From contig LCOM01000001.1 of the NCBI GenBank assembly GCA_000999395.1, positions 1 through 48,273 of the forward strand: DNA of 48,273 bases, in the 5' to 3' direction. The stretch is from Parcubacteria group bacterium GW2011_GWA2_47_7. GTDB lineage: Bacteria > Patescibacteriota > Minisyncoccia > Phycocordibacterales > UBA6899. The notes beneath the pieces are model-generated. The model ran no database searches. It saw only the letters and a list, made by a program, of their open reading frames with translations, and had not been told where the DNA came from. Both the position numbers and the translations under genes were made by a program. Each line of letters opens with the position of its first letter. The first letter of the stretch is position 1. Of this stretch, positions 1 to 8,914 are shown piece by piece.

Positions 1-37
1 ATCAAAGACCTTGCGCTCGAGATAAGAAGAATTCTTG

Positions 38-253
38 ATGAAAAAGCTCATCGCATCGAAGCTCGGAAATATGCCGAAGGAGCAGCAAGAAAAGATCATT
101 GGTCTTGTCACAAAGAATCCGAAACTGTTCGAGGAGATCGCACTCAAGATCAAAAAGAAGACCGATGCCGGTGCGAACCAGATGATGGCAACCACAACGG
201 TCATGAAAGAATACGCTCCGCAGATCCAGAAGCTGATGGCAGGATCGGATTAG
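38..253 (+). CDS. small hypothetical protein (71 aa, Lys/Glu-rich, helical-looking)
   Basis: Track ORF 35..253, first ATG at 38. In-frame TAA at 23-25 closes the frame upstream. A stem-loop terminator follows. No family recognised. Confidence 0.45.
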   Translation: MKKLIASKLGNMPKEQQEKIIGLVTKNPKLFEEIALKIKKKTDAGANQMMATTTVMKEYAPQIQKLMAGSD

Positions 254-285
254 CCTTTTTCACATAATAGAGAATCTGCAAAATA

Positions 286-313
286 AAAACCCCTCATAGA
301 GGGGTTTTGTTTT
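286..313 (+). terminator. rho-independent terminator
   Basis: Stem CCCCTC/GAGGGG (290-304) with ATA loop, followed by TTTTGTTTT. Confidence 0.7.
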
Positions 314-323
314 GACGGTTGTC

Positions 324-923
324 TTATGAAGCGAAAAAATATACGCACGCATAAATTATTGTCGAAATGACACCTGAGATTAATATATCAACCGGTGTTA
401 TTGGGTACATATATTCATGACGATACGAAGGAGATTTGCACATGCGACCCTCAAAAAGGTTTGCCTGTGACACTATCGCACACATCCATTGTTCTGTACG
501 TCGTTCTTCAAAAAACATTTTTTCCTCTTCGTACTGTGTCAATTCCTTTTCGCATTCAGTTTTAAAACGCTCGACACTCAAGCCTTTAGATATCCACATT
601 TCACGCTGCTTATGTGCATACCGATCACCTGCCCGTTTAATTTTCTGATCAGCGAAAAGCTTTTCACGATCTCCACGTTGGCGAAGCACGGGTACAAGAA
701 GAAGTGCGACAAGCATTGGAGACAATACGAGTAGCATAAAGACAAATCCAAGTATTGTTAGCATGAACATGATAAGCTCAACGTCGACCCCCGAATTCAC
801 CCCAGTGCCTTCATCATTGTCACTCCTTGATGATTTGTAGCTACTTGCACTGCCCCCACTACTACTTGAGGTGGTGCTGCTTTCCGAATTTTTTGGAGAA
901 AACGTATTTGGTATTGATGCCAT
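324..923 (-). CDS. hypothetical membrane protein with Ser-rich N-terminus
   Basis: 199-aa ORF. Low-complexity S/T/G N-terminus, then hydrophobic stretches (LIMFMLTILGFVFMLLVLSPMLVALLLVPVL and a C-terminal one). No family recognised. Confidence 0.5.
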   Translation of the reverse strand: MASIPNTFSPKNSESSTTSSSSGGSASSYKSSRSDNDEGTGVNSGVDVELIMFMLTILGFVFMLLVLSPMLVALLLVPVLRQRGDREKLFADQKIKRAGDRYAHKQREMWISKGLSVERFKTECEKELTQYEEEKMFFEERRTEQWMCAIVSQANLFEGRMCKSPSYRHEYMYPITPVDILISGVISTIIYACVYFFAS

Positions 924-949
924 GCGCGAATATTTATCGGAAGAAGCGT

Positions 950-1252
950 TTAACAGTGTAATGTCTGCAATTGAGCAAGGAATGTCGTAGGAGAAACAAT
1001 ACTCACGTGTTTGCTAAATGCATATTCAATAAGGTCTTGCGTGTTTACCTTTATGGCACCCACTTGGTTTACCAGTAAATCATAGAAGATCGCTTCGTGC
1101 GGGATAAACATTAAAGCAAAATCCATGGTTCTTCCCGACCTGTACGATCTTGTTTTCTCTTTCGAGTTGCGTGAGATAGCGAAGTGCAGTTGCGTTGGAG
1201 ACATGAAGAAGTTTGGCGACGTCACTATTCGTGATGTGTGACTTCTTTGCAA
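950..1252 (-). pseudogene. rmuC: remnant of DNA recombination protein RmuC (about 60 aa of the conserved C-terminal core only)
   Basis: 'DFALMFIPHEAIFYDLL...DLIEYAFSKHVSIVSPTTFLAQLQTL' matches the RmuC core (FxLMFIPxE ... VxxxSPTTLxAxL). The N-terminal ~300 aa and C-terminal ~100 aa of a normal RmuC are missing. The upstream part of the ORF is the out-of-frame read of the neighbouring HTH fragment. Confidence 0.6.
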
Positions 1253-1499
1253 AGAGTGCCATGACTTTCAGGAGTTTCTTTTGCTTGCGGAGTTGAGTGA
1301 CAAGCCGTGCTTTGGTGAGGAGGAGCATGAGAATGTTTTGGGGAGTGGTTCCGATTTGCGCGACCAAATTTTCTTGACGGTCATCCGTCTTAGAAAAATG
1401 AAGTGCCCCTATTGCCTGTCTCTCCGAATCGACAACGGCAATTGCGCAAAGCCGCACCAGAAGAAACATAAAGCAGTTTATGTTTAGCGGACTCTCCAC
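1080..1499 (-). pseudogene. winged-helix HTH fragment, probable gene remnant
   Basis: 'RKQKKLLKVMALFAKKSHITNSDVAKLLHVSNATALRYLTQLERENKIVQVGK' looks like a C-terminal wHTH module. It runs out of frame into the rmuC remnant. The N-terminal 60 aa are not protein-like. Confidence 0.35.
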
Positions 1500-1582
1500 C
1501 TACCGTGGCGGGTGATATTCGATCTCTAGGAATCGATAACGAATATCCTTTCGAGTCCGCTACGGAGTGCCGCAGGGCACTC

Positions 1583-1636
1583 CTCGGGTCCACAAATAAA
1601 AAGCGCCTTTCGGCGCTTTTTATTTGTGGACCCGAG
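1583..1636. repeat. perfect 25-bp inverted repeat with 4-nt loop, acting as terminator of tRNA-Ala(CGC); its right arm contains the last 10 nt of the tRNA
   Basis: ctcgggtccacaaataaaaagcgcc (1583-1607) / tttc / ggcgctttttatttgtggacccgag (1612-1636); checked base by base. Confidence 0.85.
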
Positions 1637-1699
1637 CGGACTCGAACCGCTTGCCTCGTCAATGCGAATGACGCGCTCTACCAGATGAGCTACGGGCCC
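1627..1699 (-). tRNA. tRNA-Ala (anticodon CGC), no encoded CCA
   Basis: Minus-strand cloverleaf GGGCCCG-TA-GCTC..GAGC-G-CGTCA-TTCGCAT-TGACG-..-T arm GCGGTTCGAGTCCGC-CGGGTCC-A. G3:U70 alanine identity pair is present. Confidence 0.9.
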
Positions 1700-1732
1700 G
1701 ATATGAGTAGTATAATCGGAAAGCCCGGAAAA

Positions 1733-3900
1733 TCAATCCTGTTCCTCTTTTGCTCCTGATAGTAACGCTTTCAATTCAGCGATATTTATCGGTTTTACCA
1801 TATGACGGTCAAACCCGGACTCTATGGCCTTTTTTATATCATCTCTTTGTCCATATCCGGATACCGCAACTAATATTCGTTTGCACGCTCTCCCCTCTTC
1901 GCGTTTACGCAACTCACGCGCGACCGCGTATCCGTCCATATCGAACATGCCAATATCCAAAATAACAACTTCGGGGTCAAAGGCATCTGCTTCTGCTAAT
2001 GCGGATATTCCATCAAAACAGGTACGAACATCAAAACCGTGCATTTGGAGCAATTTACCCATGAGTTTTGCCAAATCCCTATTATCATCAACGACAAGTA
2101 TTTTCATCTTTCCGACAGTTGATTGCATTAATGGTTCAACCAAAGAGAGTTGCGCGGGCAGTTCAGCCGAAGATACCGGCAAGCGTATAATAAACTCGCT
2201 GCCCTTTTGCGGCCCATCGCTGTGCGCGTCGACAGTTCCACCGTGCAAATCACAAATAGCACGGACGAGCGTCAGGCCCATCCCAAGCCCGCCCTGAGAC
2301 AATTGTAATGCATCGTTCGTCTGATAGAATTGCTCAAAAATGTGGGAAAGATGTTCAGGTATAATCCCCATGCCATTATCCTAAACGCTCACCAACGCTT
2401 GATTCTTTTCTGTGGTCACCGTAACCCAGATATGCCCCCCGCTCGGAGTATATTTACACGCATTTGAGAGGAGGTTGGCAACCACCTGAATCAATCGAAG
2501 CCTATCACCGTTAATCACAACGGGTTTTTTCGGCGTTGATAAAGAAAACTGTATGTTTTTATTCGTGGCGCTCGCTTTCAATCCCGCAATCGCATCATCA
2601 ACCACTTCACAGAGATCTATGGTCGCTTTCTTGATTATCATTTTACCGGACTCAAATCGAGCAACATCGAGCAGGTCATCAAGGATATTCGACATGCTTT
2701 TAATATGCAAGAGTGCAATGCCTATAACCTCGGACATCTCTCCTTGGTCAGCGACTTGCTTATCGCTCGCGTCAGTCACACGAGTACGTTCGCGGATTAT
2801 TTGTATCGATGAATACAGAGCACCCAAGGGAAAAGAGAAAGAGTAAGGGTTTCTCCCCATTTCGTAGAAACTAATATCTCACGTGCAAACGATTCGCCTC
2901 CTTGCTCTCGCAACCGTCCATTCGGATCATATGGAGATTGAGACTTCTGTAAAATAACAGTGTTGACATCAAAATCAGATGAGGTCATCTCTTCCGCAGT
3001 ATACCCCAGAGCTACGTGCATGTGAGGATTTGTGTATACAAGGCGACCCTCCTTTTCACTGTAGAGAAAGATAATTTGCGGTACCTCATCCATGAGTAAG
3101 CGAAACTTTTCTTCGCTTTCGAGTAGTAGTGCTGTTTTTTTCTTTAGTTCGGTAATATCTGTAAAAACCACAACGCTTCCGTTAAACTCATTGTTTACAT
3201 CCATTATCGGTCGTGCTGAGATTAGTGTGTCAACATTTTTTCCGTTCTTGCGGCGCCAACCTGCTTCATATGATGTTGCGATTCCATGAATATGCTTCTG
3301 ATACTCCCGCTCTACAATCTTCATATTTTCCTCGTCAAACATAATGCTTCCATGTTTACCGATGAGTTCTGTGGGGAAATAACCCAATATTTCACCAGCC
3401 CTTGGGTTCACGTAAGTAATTATTCTATTGTTATCTTGTATAACCAACCCCTCGCTCATGCGATCTATGATATCGCGATATTTTATCTCGGTGTTCGCCA
3501 TGTCTCTTTCAATGCGCCTTCGTTCCGTAACATCTCTTACTACACAAAATGCCGCCTTCACATCATTGCCACAACCGACTGCCTTCACACTCATGATGGC
3601 GTTGCGTGAATCCCCTGACTTGGTTGTAATCGAAAATTCAAAATCCTCCACCTGTTTTCCCTCAACAACATATTCAAAATTCTTTAGTGTTTTCGATAGA
3701 TGCTCTTCCGACATCAATCTACGAAATTGAAAATCTGGAGATGTCAGTTCCTCGGTGCTATAGCCGGTGGTTAATGCACAGCGCTCATTTACGTATGCTA
3801 TTTTGTTTCTACAATAAATAAAAATCATGACGGGCAACAAATTTCCCATTTCACGATAATCAATATTGTCACAATGCTCCATTAAGTCCTTTGTTGTCAT
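1733..3900 (-). pseudogene. decayed hybrid sensor histidine kinase (PAS x3 - DHp - HATPase - REC), with one frameshift and one in-frame TAG
   Basis: Three consecutive ORFs: 2797..3900 (PAS repeats), 2381..2860 (DHp plus N-box 'NLLSNACKYTPSGG'), 1733..2371 (G-boxes plus receiver 'ILVVDDN...ILDIGMFDMDG...MVKP'). Frame change occurs near 2800-2860. TAG at 2381-2383 interrupts '..ALVSV*DNGMGI'. No H-box histidine ('YSFSFPLGALYSS' sits where SHELRxPL is expected). Confidence 0.7.
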
Positions 3901-4157
3901 AAAAAATAAGTTTTTGACATAAAAATTGAAAAGAGACTCTGTCCTACCACAATCTCCATGAAAAATTCATGAAGTTTCAGCTCGGTGATAGGATTTCTTT
4001 GCTATATGTGCTCCCGTAGGCATGCAATTTTTCAGAGAAGCTTCTTCATTTTCACCACACAACATTAAAAGTATATCAGCTATACGTAAGTGTGTCCTAG
4101 TCAGTATCCACATTTATATTCAAAACATTTTTGAATGAAACCCCACAAAATCAATGT

Positions 4158-6158
4158 TTACGATACTACGGGAGGAAGGAGTACGGTGACCGTGGTTTCC
4201 TTACCAATCTCACTGCTTGCACGGATTGTTCCGTTGTGTTTTTCTACTATTTTTTTACAGATAGACAATCCTATGCCAGAGCCCAGTACGCCTTTTCCTT
4301 CTCCGGTCTTCACTCGATAAAACCGGTCAAAAATTTTTATTAAATATTCTTTTTCAATACCGATACCATTATCCTTCACGATCAATTCAACAGTAGAACT
4401 ACTTTTTCGTAGGGTGATGTCTAAGAATTTATCCACACGAGAAGGAGATACATACTTGAATGCGTTGCTCACCAGGTTGGTGACGAGCTCACTCAGCTGG
4501 TCTCTGTTACCAAGAATATGAATGTCTCGTTCAATTGAACTGATAATGCGAACCCCCTGGGCCTCTGCCAAGATTTGAAAATATTCGACCAATTCGTCCA
4601 TCAATATGCTCAAATCGAACAATTCCATTTTCACGTGAGCATCCCGGGTTTCAAGCTTTGCAAGAATAAAGAGGTCGTAAATAAATTTAGAAACATTATC
4701 GATAGATCTTTCAAGTATACCCAGATGTGCTGACTCTAAATTCGTTGTCTTTAATAACTCAATCTCGTTCTTGATTATCGTCAGGGGCGTCTGCAGTCCG
4801 TGCGAAATATCGAGCATCATTTGTTGCTCCTCGTTACGAAGGCGAACGAGCTCTGTGGTCCTTTCTTGAACTCTTGCTTCGAGCTCTTCGGAGTATGACT
4901 TTACTTTTGTATAAAGCGCCGCTTTCTCTAATGCCACCGCAAGCTGATTCACAAAAGTTTTTAAGAGCTGAATATCCTCGACGGAGTATGGATCTTCAGA
5001 TCGTTTTTCTCCAAGAATTATAACTCCGAGCTGTTGCTGCTCCAGCACAATGGGCAATGTCACCTGATACTCATCGTCGGTACCCGTGTTTCCTCCGTAA
5101 GTTTTTGCTGAACTAATGCGATCCCCATCAAGGTGTAATGAAACCAATTTCGCCTTATACGTTGTCTCGAGTTTTTCTGTTACCTCGCTGACTATTTTGT
5201 CGACGTCCATAGTTCGATTGAGTATTTCGCTCAAATCCTGAAGAACGCGCGCATAGTCGTATTTGTCCTTAAAAAAATATGAATCGGTTATTTTTCTGAA
5301 ATATCTTTCTATAACTGGTACGCCAAATATACCAATGACCATAGTAATTCCTGCGCTCCATACTGTCGCATATCCAGTTGCTTTCTGAAAAAAGAAACCA
5401 AAGAGATAAACGAAGGTCAGAAAAATCGTAATTATCGATACGAGAAGCATCGAATAGATTGCACCACGCTGTATGATGAGACGAATATCCATGAGCTGGT
5501 GCTTCACAATCGCGTAACCAATAAGAGTAATCATGGGCAACGAGAAGAGCGGTCCGAGGTTGTTGTATTGGAATATCCCCAGTAGTGGCAAAATAAGTTG
5601 AGTAAGAAAAACGGGGATTAAGAATATCGTGACACCCAAAATTATATACTTCAATTGTTCTTTGTGGTGGAAGGCTTGCGAATCTCGATGCTTTAGGATT
5701 AGTTTAATGAAGGCAAGAAAAATAAATCCAAAATAGTATGTCAGATATGGAAGATAAGTAGCGGGAAGGAGGACTCCTGAAATATATGTGTGGTTCACTG
5801 AAACAACACTTTCTATCATCAGGTCAGTAAGTGGTATCACAAAGAAAAACAATCCAAGTGTCCATATAACTATTTTTTCGATAAAGATACTTCCATCCTT
5901 CCAAGGAAAAGTCATAGCAAACAAAAAAAGACCTAATGGCATGAAAGATCCCATAGCAAAAGCCAGCCTCCCCCAAAAGAGTGGCTGGCCAAATTCACCG
6001 ATAACCATTAGTAGCGAAAAATTCCACCCAGCTGTGCCAATCGCAAAAGTGCAAAAATAGCGATTGACCTCAGAGCGCGGATTCTTGCTCAGAACAAAAA
6101 AACCAAGAATACCTATAAGGCAAAAGGCGACGAATTGAATAGTGAGGATGAGATTCAT
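4158..6158 (-). CDS. multi-pass membrane sensor histidine kinase
   Basis: About 8 hydrophobic segments, a linker/GAF-like region, H-box 'DISHGLQTPLT', N-box 'NLVSNAFKY', 'DNGIGI', 'GSGIGLSICKKIV'. Start taken at ATG 6158 (MNLILTIQF), which overlaps the upstream stop as ATGA. Confidence 0.88.
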   Translation of the reverse strand: MNLILTIQFVAFCLIGILGFFVLSKNPRSEVNRYFCTFAIGTAGWNFSLLMVIGEFGQPLFWGRLAFAMGSFMPLGLFLFAMTFPWKDGSIFIEKIVIWTLGLFFFVIPLTDLMIESVVSVNHTYISGVLLPATYLPYLTYYFGFIFLAFIKLILKHRDSQAFHHKEQLKYIILGVTIFLIPVFLTQLILPLLGIFQYNNLGPLFSLPMITLIGYAIVKHQLMDIRLIIQRGAIYSMLLVSIITIFLTFVYLFGFFFQKATGYATVWSAGITMVIGIFGVPVIERYFRKITDSYFFKDKYDYARVLQDLSEILNRTMDVDKIVSEVTEKLETTYKAKLVSLHLDGDRISSAKTYGGNTGTDDEYQVTLPIVLEQQQLGVIILGEKRSEDPYSVEDIQLLKTFVNQLAVALEKAALYTKVKSYSEELEARVQERTTELVRLRNEEQQMMLDISHGLQTPLTIIKNEIELLKTTNLESAHLGILERSIDNVSKFIYDLFILAKLETRDAHVKMELFDLSILMDELVEYFQILAEAQGVRIISSIERDIHILGNRDQLSELVTNLVSNAFKYVSPSRVDKFLDITLRKSSSTVELIVKDNGIGIEKEYLIKIFDRFYRVKTGEGKGVLGSGIGLSICKKIVEKHNGTIRASSEIGKETTVTVLLPPVVS

Positions 6159-7435
6159 GGAGCTTTGTTTTGAGCTTCCTTGTGTAACGTAAAAGCCATC
6201 GGAACTACAACGACATTGTGATAAGCGGAGGGTTCCCCGATTGTCTCCCAACCCATTTGTAGCAGGATTAAACTCAATTTGTCAACTCGAGGCGCACCGA
6301 TACTGGTGATGAAACCATGCTCCCTTTGCCACAAGTAAGCCCCACGAAGAAGGACGGTGTAAATTCCTCTATCCCGATGTTCTTTTTTTATGATGCCTCG
6401 AGAGTGTTCTACCGTGCGCGAACGATCGATAGAATCCGGCAATACAAAACATTCTTCCATAAGGAATCCATGGGTGCTATCACGAATGAGGCGAAGTATG
6501 CCGATGATCTCATCTCCACATCGTACAATCACGTGAGTTGAGAATTCGTCATATTTATCCGATTCTTGTTTTTCGGGATATTGAGACGGATCTAGCGAAC
6601 CCATTTCTTCACAATATGCCGTATAACGCAAGCGATAGAGAGCAGCCATATCATTTGCACCTTGTGCGATCTCACACACCAGTGGGTTGTCGAATTTGTC
6701 GTTCGAAACGAGCATTTTGCTTGCGACGATAAAAACATCAGTACCACCATATGCGTGCTCGGTACGCAGAACTCGAAAATGAGCCTGCTTGAGCAATTCA
6801 GACAACTCTTTATTGTCAAGAAAGTGATAGAGCCGCTTGGCCCCAAGTCGTTTAATCCACAAAAAATTAATGAGGAATATCAAGAGAAATATCGGAGAAT
6901 ATAATATCCCCTTCATCATGATTGGCACACCCGCCCAACCCTTTTTGAGGTTCATCTTTATGTGCTCCACAAAGACATCTCGCACGCGAGCCTCTTTTGT
7001 GGGATTTGCAAGAACCAGTTTTCCTCCGAACTTTAACACTCTACTGAACTCTCCCAACACCTTGATGGGGTCTTCGGTCGCATAGAGAGCGTTGAGACAC
7101 ACGATGTTGTCGAATTGTGCATCCGGATATGGAAGAGGCTGATTGAGGTCCACTCTTGCACAATGAACATTTGTGTATGCACGTAATTTATTTATTGCTC
7201 GACGGAGCATGCTTGGCGAAGCGTCGATACATTCGACTGAAACGTTCTTGTTCTTGCACCGATCAAGATATTCTTTTGTGAAATTGCCAGTACCACACCC
7301 CGCATCAAGAACATGAGAAGTAGTATCATTCTCTTCTTGAAGCGCCACCCGTGCTCGTTGTAACAATTCCTGGTACGAGAGCAGATGGCAGAGCGCATCG
7401 TAAATTATCGCGTAAATAGCCCATATGATCTTCAC
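6155..7435 (-). CDS. fusion protein: class I SAM-dependent methyltransferase + GNAT-fold N-acyl amino acid synthase (FeeM / autoinducer-synthase-like) domain
   Basis: N-terminal half: 'VLDAGCGTGNFT', 'CIDASPSML', 'FDNIVCLNALY', 'LKFGGKLVLANP', plus a hydrophobic insert. C-terminal half: 'ALYRLRYTAYCEEMGSLDPSQYPEKQESDKYDEFSTHVIV..GDEIIGILRL', typical of the FeeM / exosortase-associated N-acyltransferase family. GTG start with AGAGGTG SD. Confidence 0.75.
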   Translation of the reverse strand: MKIIWAIYAIIYDALCHLLSYQELLQRARVALQEENDTTSHVLDAGCGTGNFTKEYLDRCKNKNVSVECIDASPSMLRRAINKLRAYTNVHCARVDLNQPLPYPDAQFDNIVCLNALYATEDPIKVLGEFSRVLKFGGKLVLANPTKEARVRDVFVEHIKMNLKKGWAGVPIMMKGILYSPIFLLIFLINFLWIKRLGAKRLYHFLDNKELSELLKQAHFRVLRTEHAYGGTDVFIVASKMLVSNDKFDNPLVCEIAQGANDMAALYRLRYTAYCEEMGSLDPSQYPEKQESDKYDEFSTHVIVRCGDEIIGILRLIRDSTHGFLMEECFVLPDSIDRSRTVEHSRGIIKKEHRDRGIYTVLLRGAYLWQREHGFITSIGAPRVDKLSLILLQMGWETIGEPSAYHNVVVVPMAFTLHKEAQNKAP

Positions 7436-7613
7436 TTGTCACCTCTTTCAAAGAACCAATAAGTCTCCATCATAGATAATAGATGATGAAGACTTCGCGA
7501 AGATGAAAAAGGAGTCTCCAAAAAATGAAGACCATATGAGATATTTATGAATAATATCTCGTCTTGATGTATGCTGGTTTAATCCGACAAATACCCTTGC
7601 TGGTATGGGGCAT

Positions 7614-8285
7614 CTACAGTAAATCAATCTTATAGCCCCTCCCAGGCACGGTGTGAATCAGCTTTTTCTTACCCGGTTGGTGGATTTTCCTCCGCACGCT
7701 CATGATATGAGATTCAATGGTATTGGAAAATGGATCGGCCTCCATATCCCAAACATGCTCTAGAATCATCCCGCGGGAAAGCACCAGGCCTTGGTTGCTT
7801 AATAGATATTCCAACAACATAAACTCCTTTCTCGTTAGATAAATTTCCTCATTCCCGCGACGTACGCTTGCTGTTTTTTCATTTAAAACCAAGTCGTCAA
7901 TGCTCAATGTTTCTCTTTGCATTTGTTTTGGTCTGCGTAGTAGCGCACGCATTCTAGCGACAAGCTCCTGTAACGAAAAAGGCTTTATCAAATAATCGTC
8001 AGCCCCTGCGTTTAACAACTCAACCTTAGTGGCAGCATCAGATTTAACAGACAACATAATGATAGGCATAGTTTTTTCCGCCGTTCTGATATCTTTACAT
8101 ATTTCGAGTCCGTGTTTTAAGGGCAAAACGTTATCGAGAATAACGAGATCGTAATTTTCCGTGCGCGCAAGGAAAGACCCTCTCTCTCCATCGGTCGCAA
8201 CGTCAACAGCAAAACACTCCGCCTGTAAGCTCATTTTGAGGAAATCTGCTATTTGGGGCTCATCTTCGACGAGGAGAACTCTCAT
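7614..8285 (-). CDS. OmpR-family response regulator (REC + winged-helix)
   Basis: 'MRVLLVEDEPQ', 'DLVILDNVLP', 'YLIKPF', C-terminal 'LTRKEFMLLEYL...VPGRGYK'. Confidence 0.92.
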   Translation of the reverse strand: MRVLLVEDEPQIADFLKMSLQAECFAVDVATDGERGSFLARTENYDLVILDNVLPLKHGLEICKDIRTAEKTMPIIMLSVKSDAATKVELLNAGADDYLIKPFSLQELVARMRALLRRPKQMQRETLSIDDLVLNEKTASVRRGNEEIYLTRKEFMLLEYLLSNQGLVLSRGMILEHVWDMEADPFSNTIESHIMSVRRKIHQPGKKKLIHTVPGRGYKIDLL

Positions 8286-8498
8286 TGAATTTGACTTATC
8301 ATAAATCCGTGGCTAAAGTCTCTTGTTCTTAATAAATATTTCATAATTTCTTTATGTTTCTACTATCTCAGCAGACTATAGTAAAGCGCAAAGAAGGTTC
8401 GATGGCAATACTACGATGTCGTGAGCAACTTTTTACATATGTCGATAGTGTGTATCTGAGACCCTTAATTGTGTGAATATCCCCAATTTGTTTGTATC

Positions 8499-8897
8499 AT
8501 GAAAATAATAAAATCAAAAAAAACGATTTTAGTTGTGGAGGACGAGGTTGCCCTTCAGGAGGCCATTAGCATACGCCTCACAGCCGCAGGCTACTTTGTG
8601 GTAAGTGCAATGTCGGCTGAATGGGCAATTGAATTGCTAAAAACAGTAAAACCAGACCTCGTATGGCTTGATCTTCTGCTTCCTGGAATGGGGGGACTTA
8701 TTTTTTTGGAGCGTATTCGCAAAAATGAATTGTTAAAAAACATACCGGTAATGATTGTTTCAGTGTCAGGTGGGCCAGAGAAGATGAAAGAAGCATTTCA
8801 ATTGAATGTCGTTGATTTTGTCGTCAAAAGCAATCATCGCCTGGAAGATATCATCAAAAAAGTAGATGTATATACGGCGATGAAGAATACCGCTTGA
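8499..8897 (+). CDS. single-domain CheY-like response regulator
   Basis: 'KTILVVEDE', 'DLVWLDLLLPGMGG', 'FVVKS'. Start set at ATG 8499 (MKIIKSKK). Confidence 0.85.
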   Translation: MKIIKSKKTILVVEDEVALQEAISIRLTAAGYFVVSAMSAEWAIELLKTVKPDLVWLDLLLPGMGGLIFLERIRKNELLKNIPVMIVSVSGGPEKMKEAFQLNVVDFVVKSNHRLEDIIKKVDVYTAMKNTA

Positions 8898-8914
8898 TTC
8901 AGCCGCATTGGTGA

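Noticed and set aside
2372-2383. In-frame TAG as evidence for stop-codon reassignment or an alternative genetic code
   Set aside because: All long housekeeping genes (uvrA 881 aa, uvrB, lysS, gdhA and others) are uninterrupted in code 11. The same gene also carries a frameshift and lacks its H-box, so pseudogenisation explains it.
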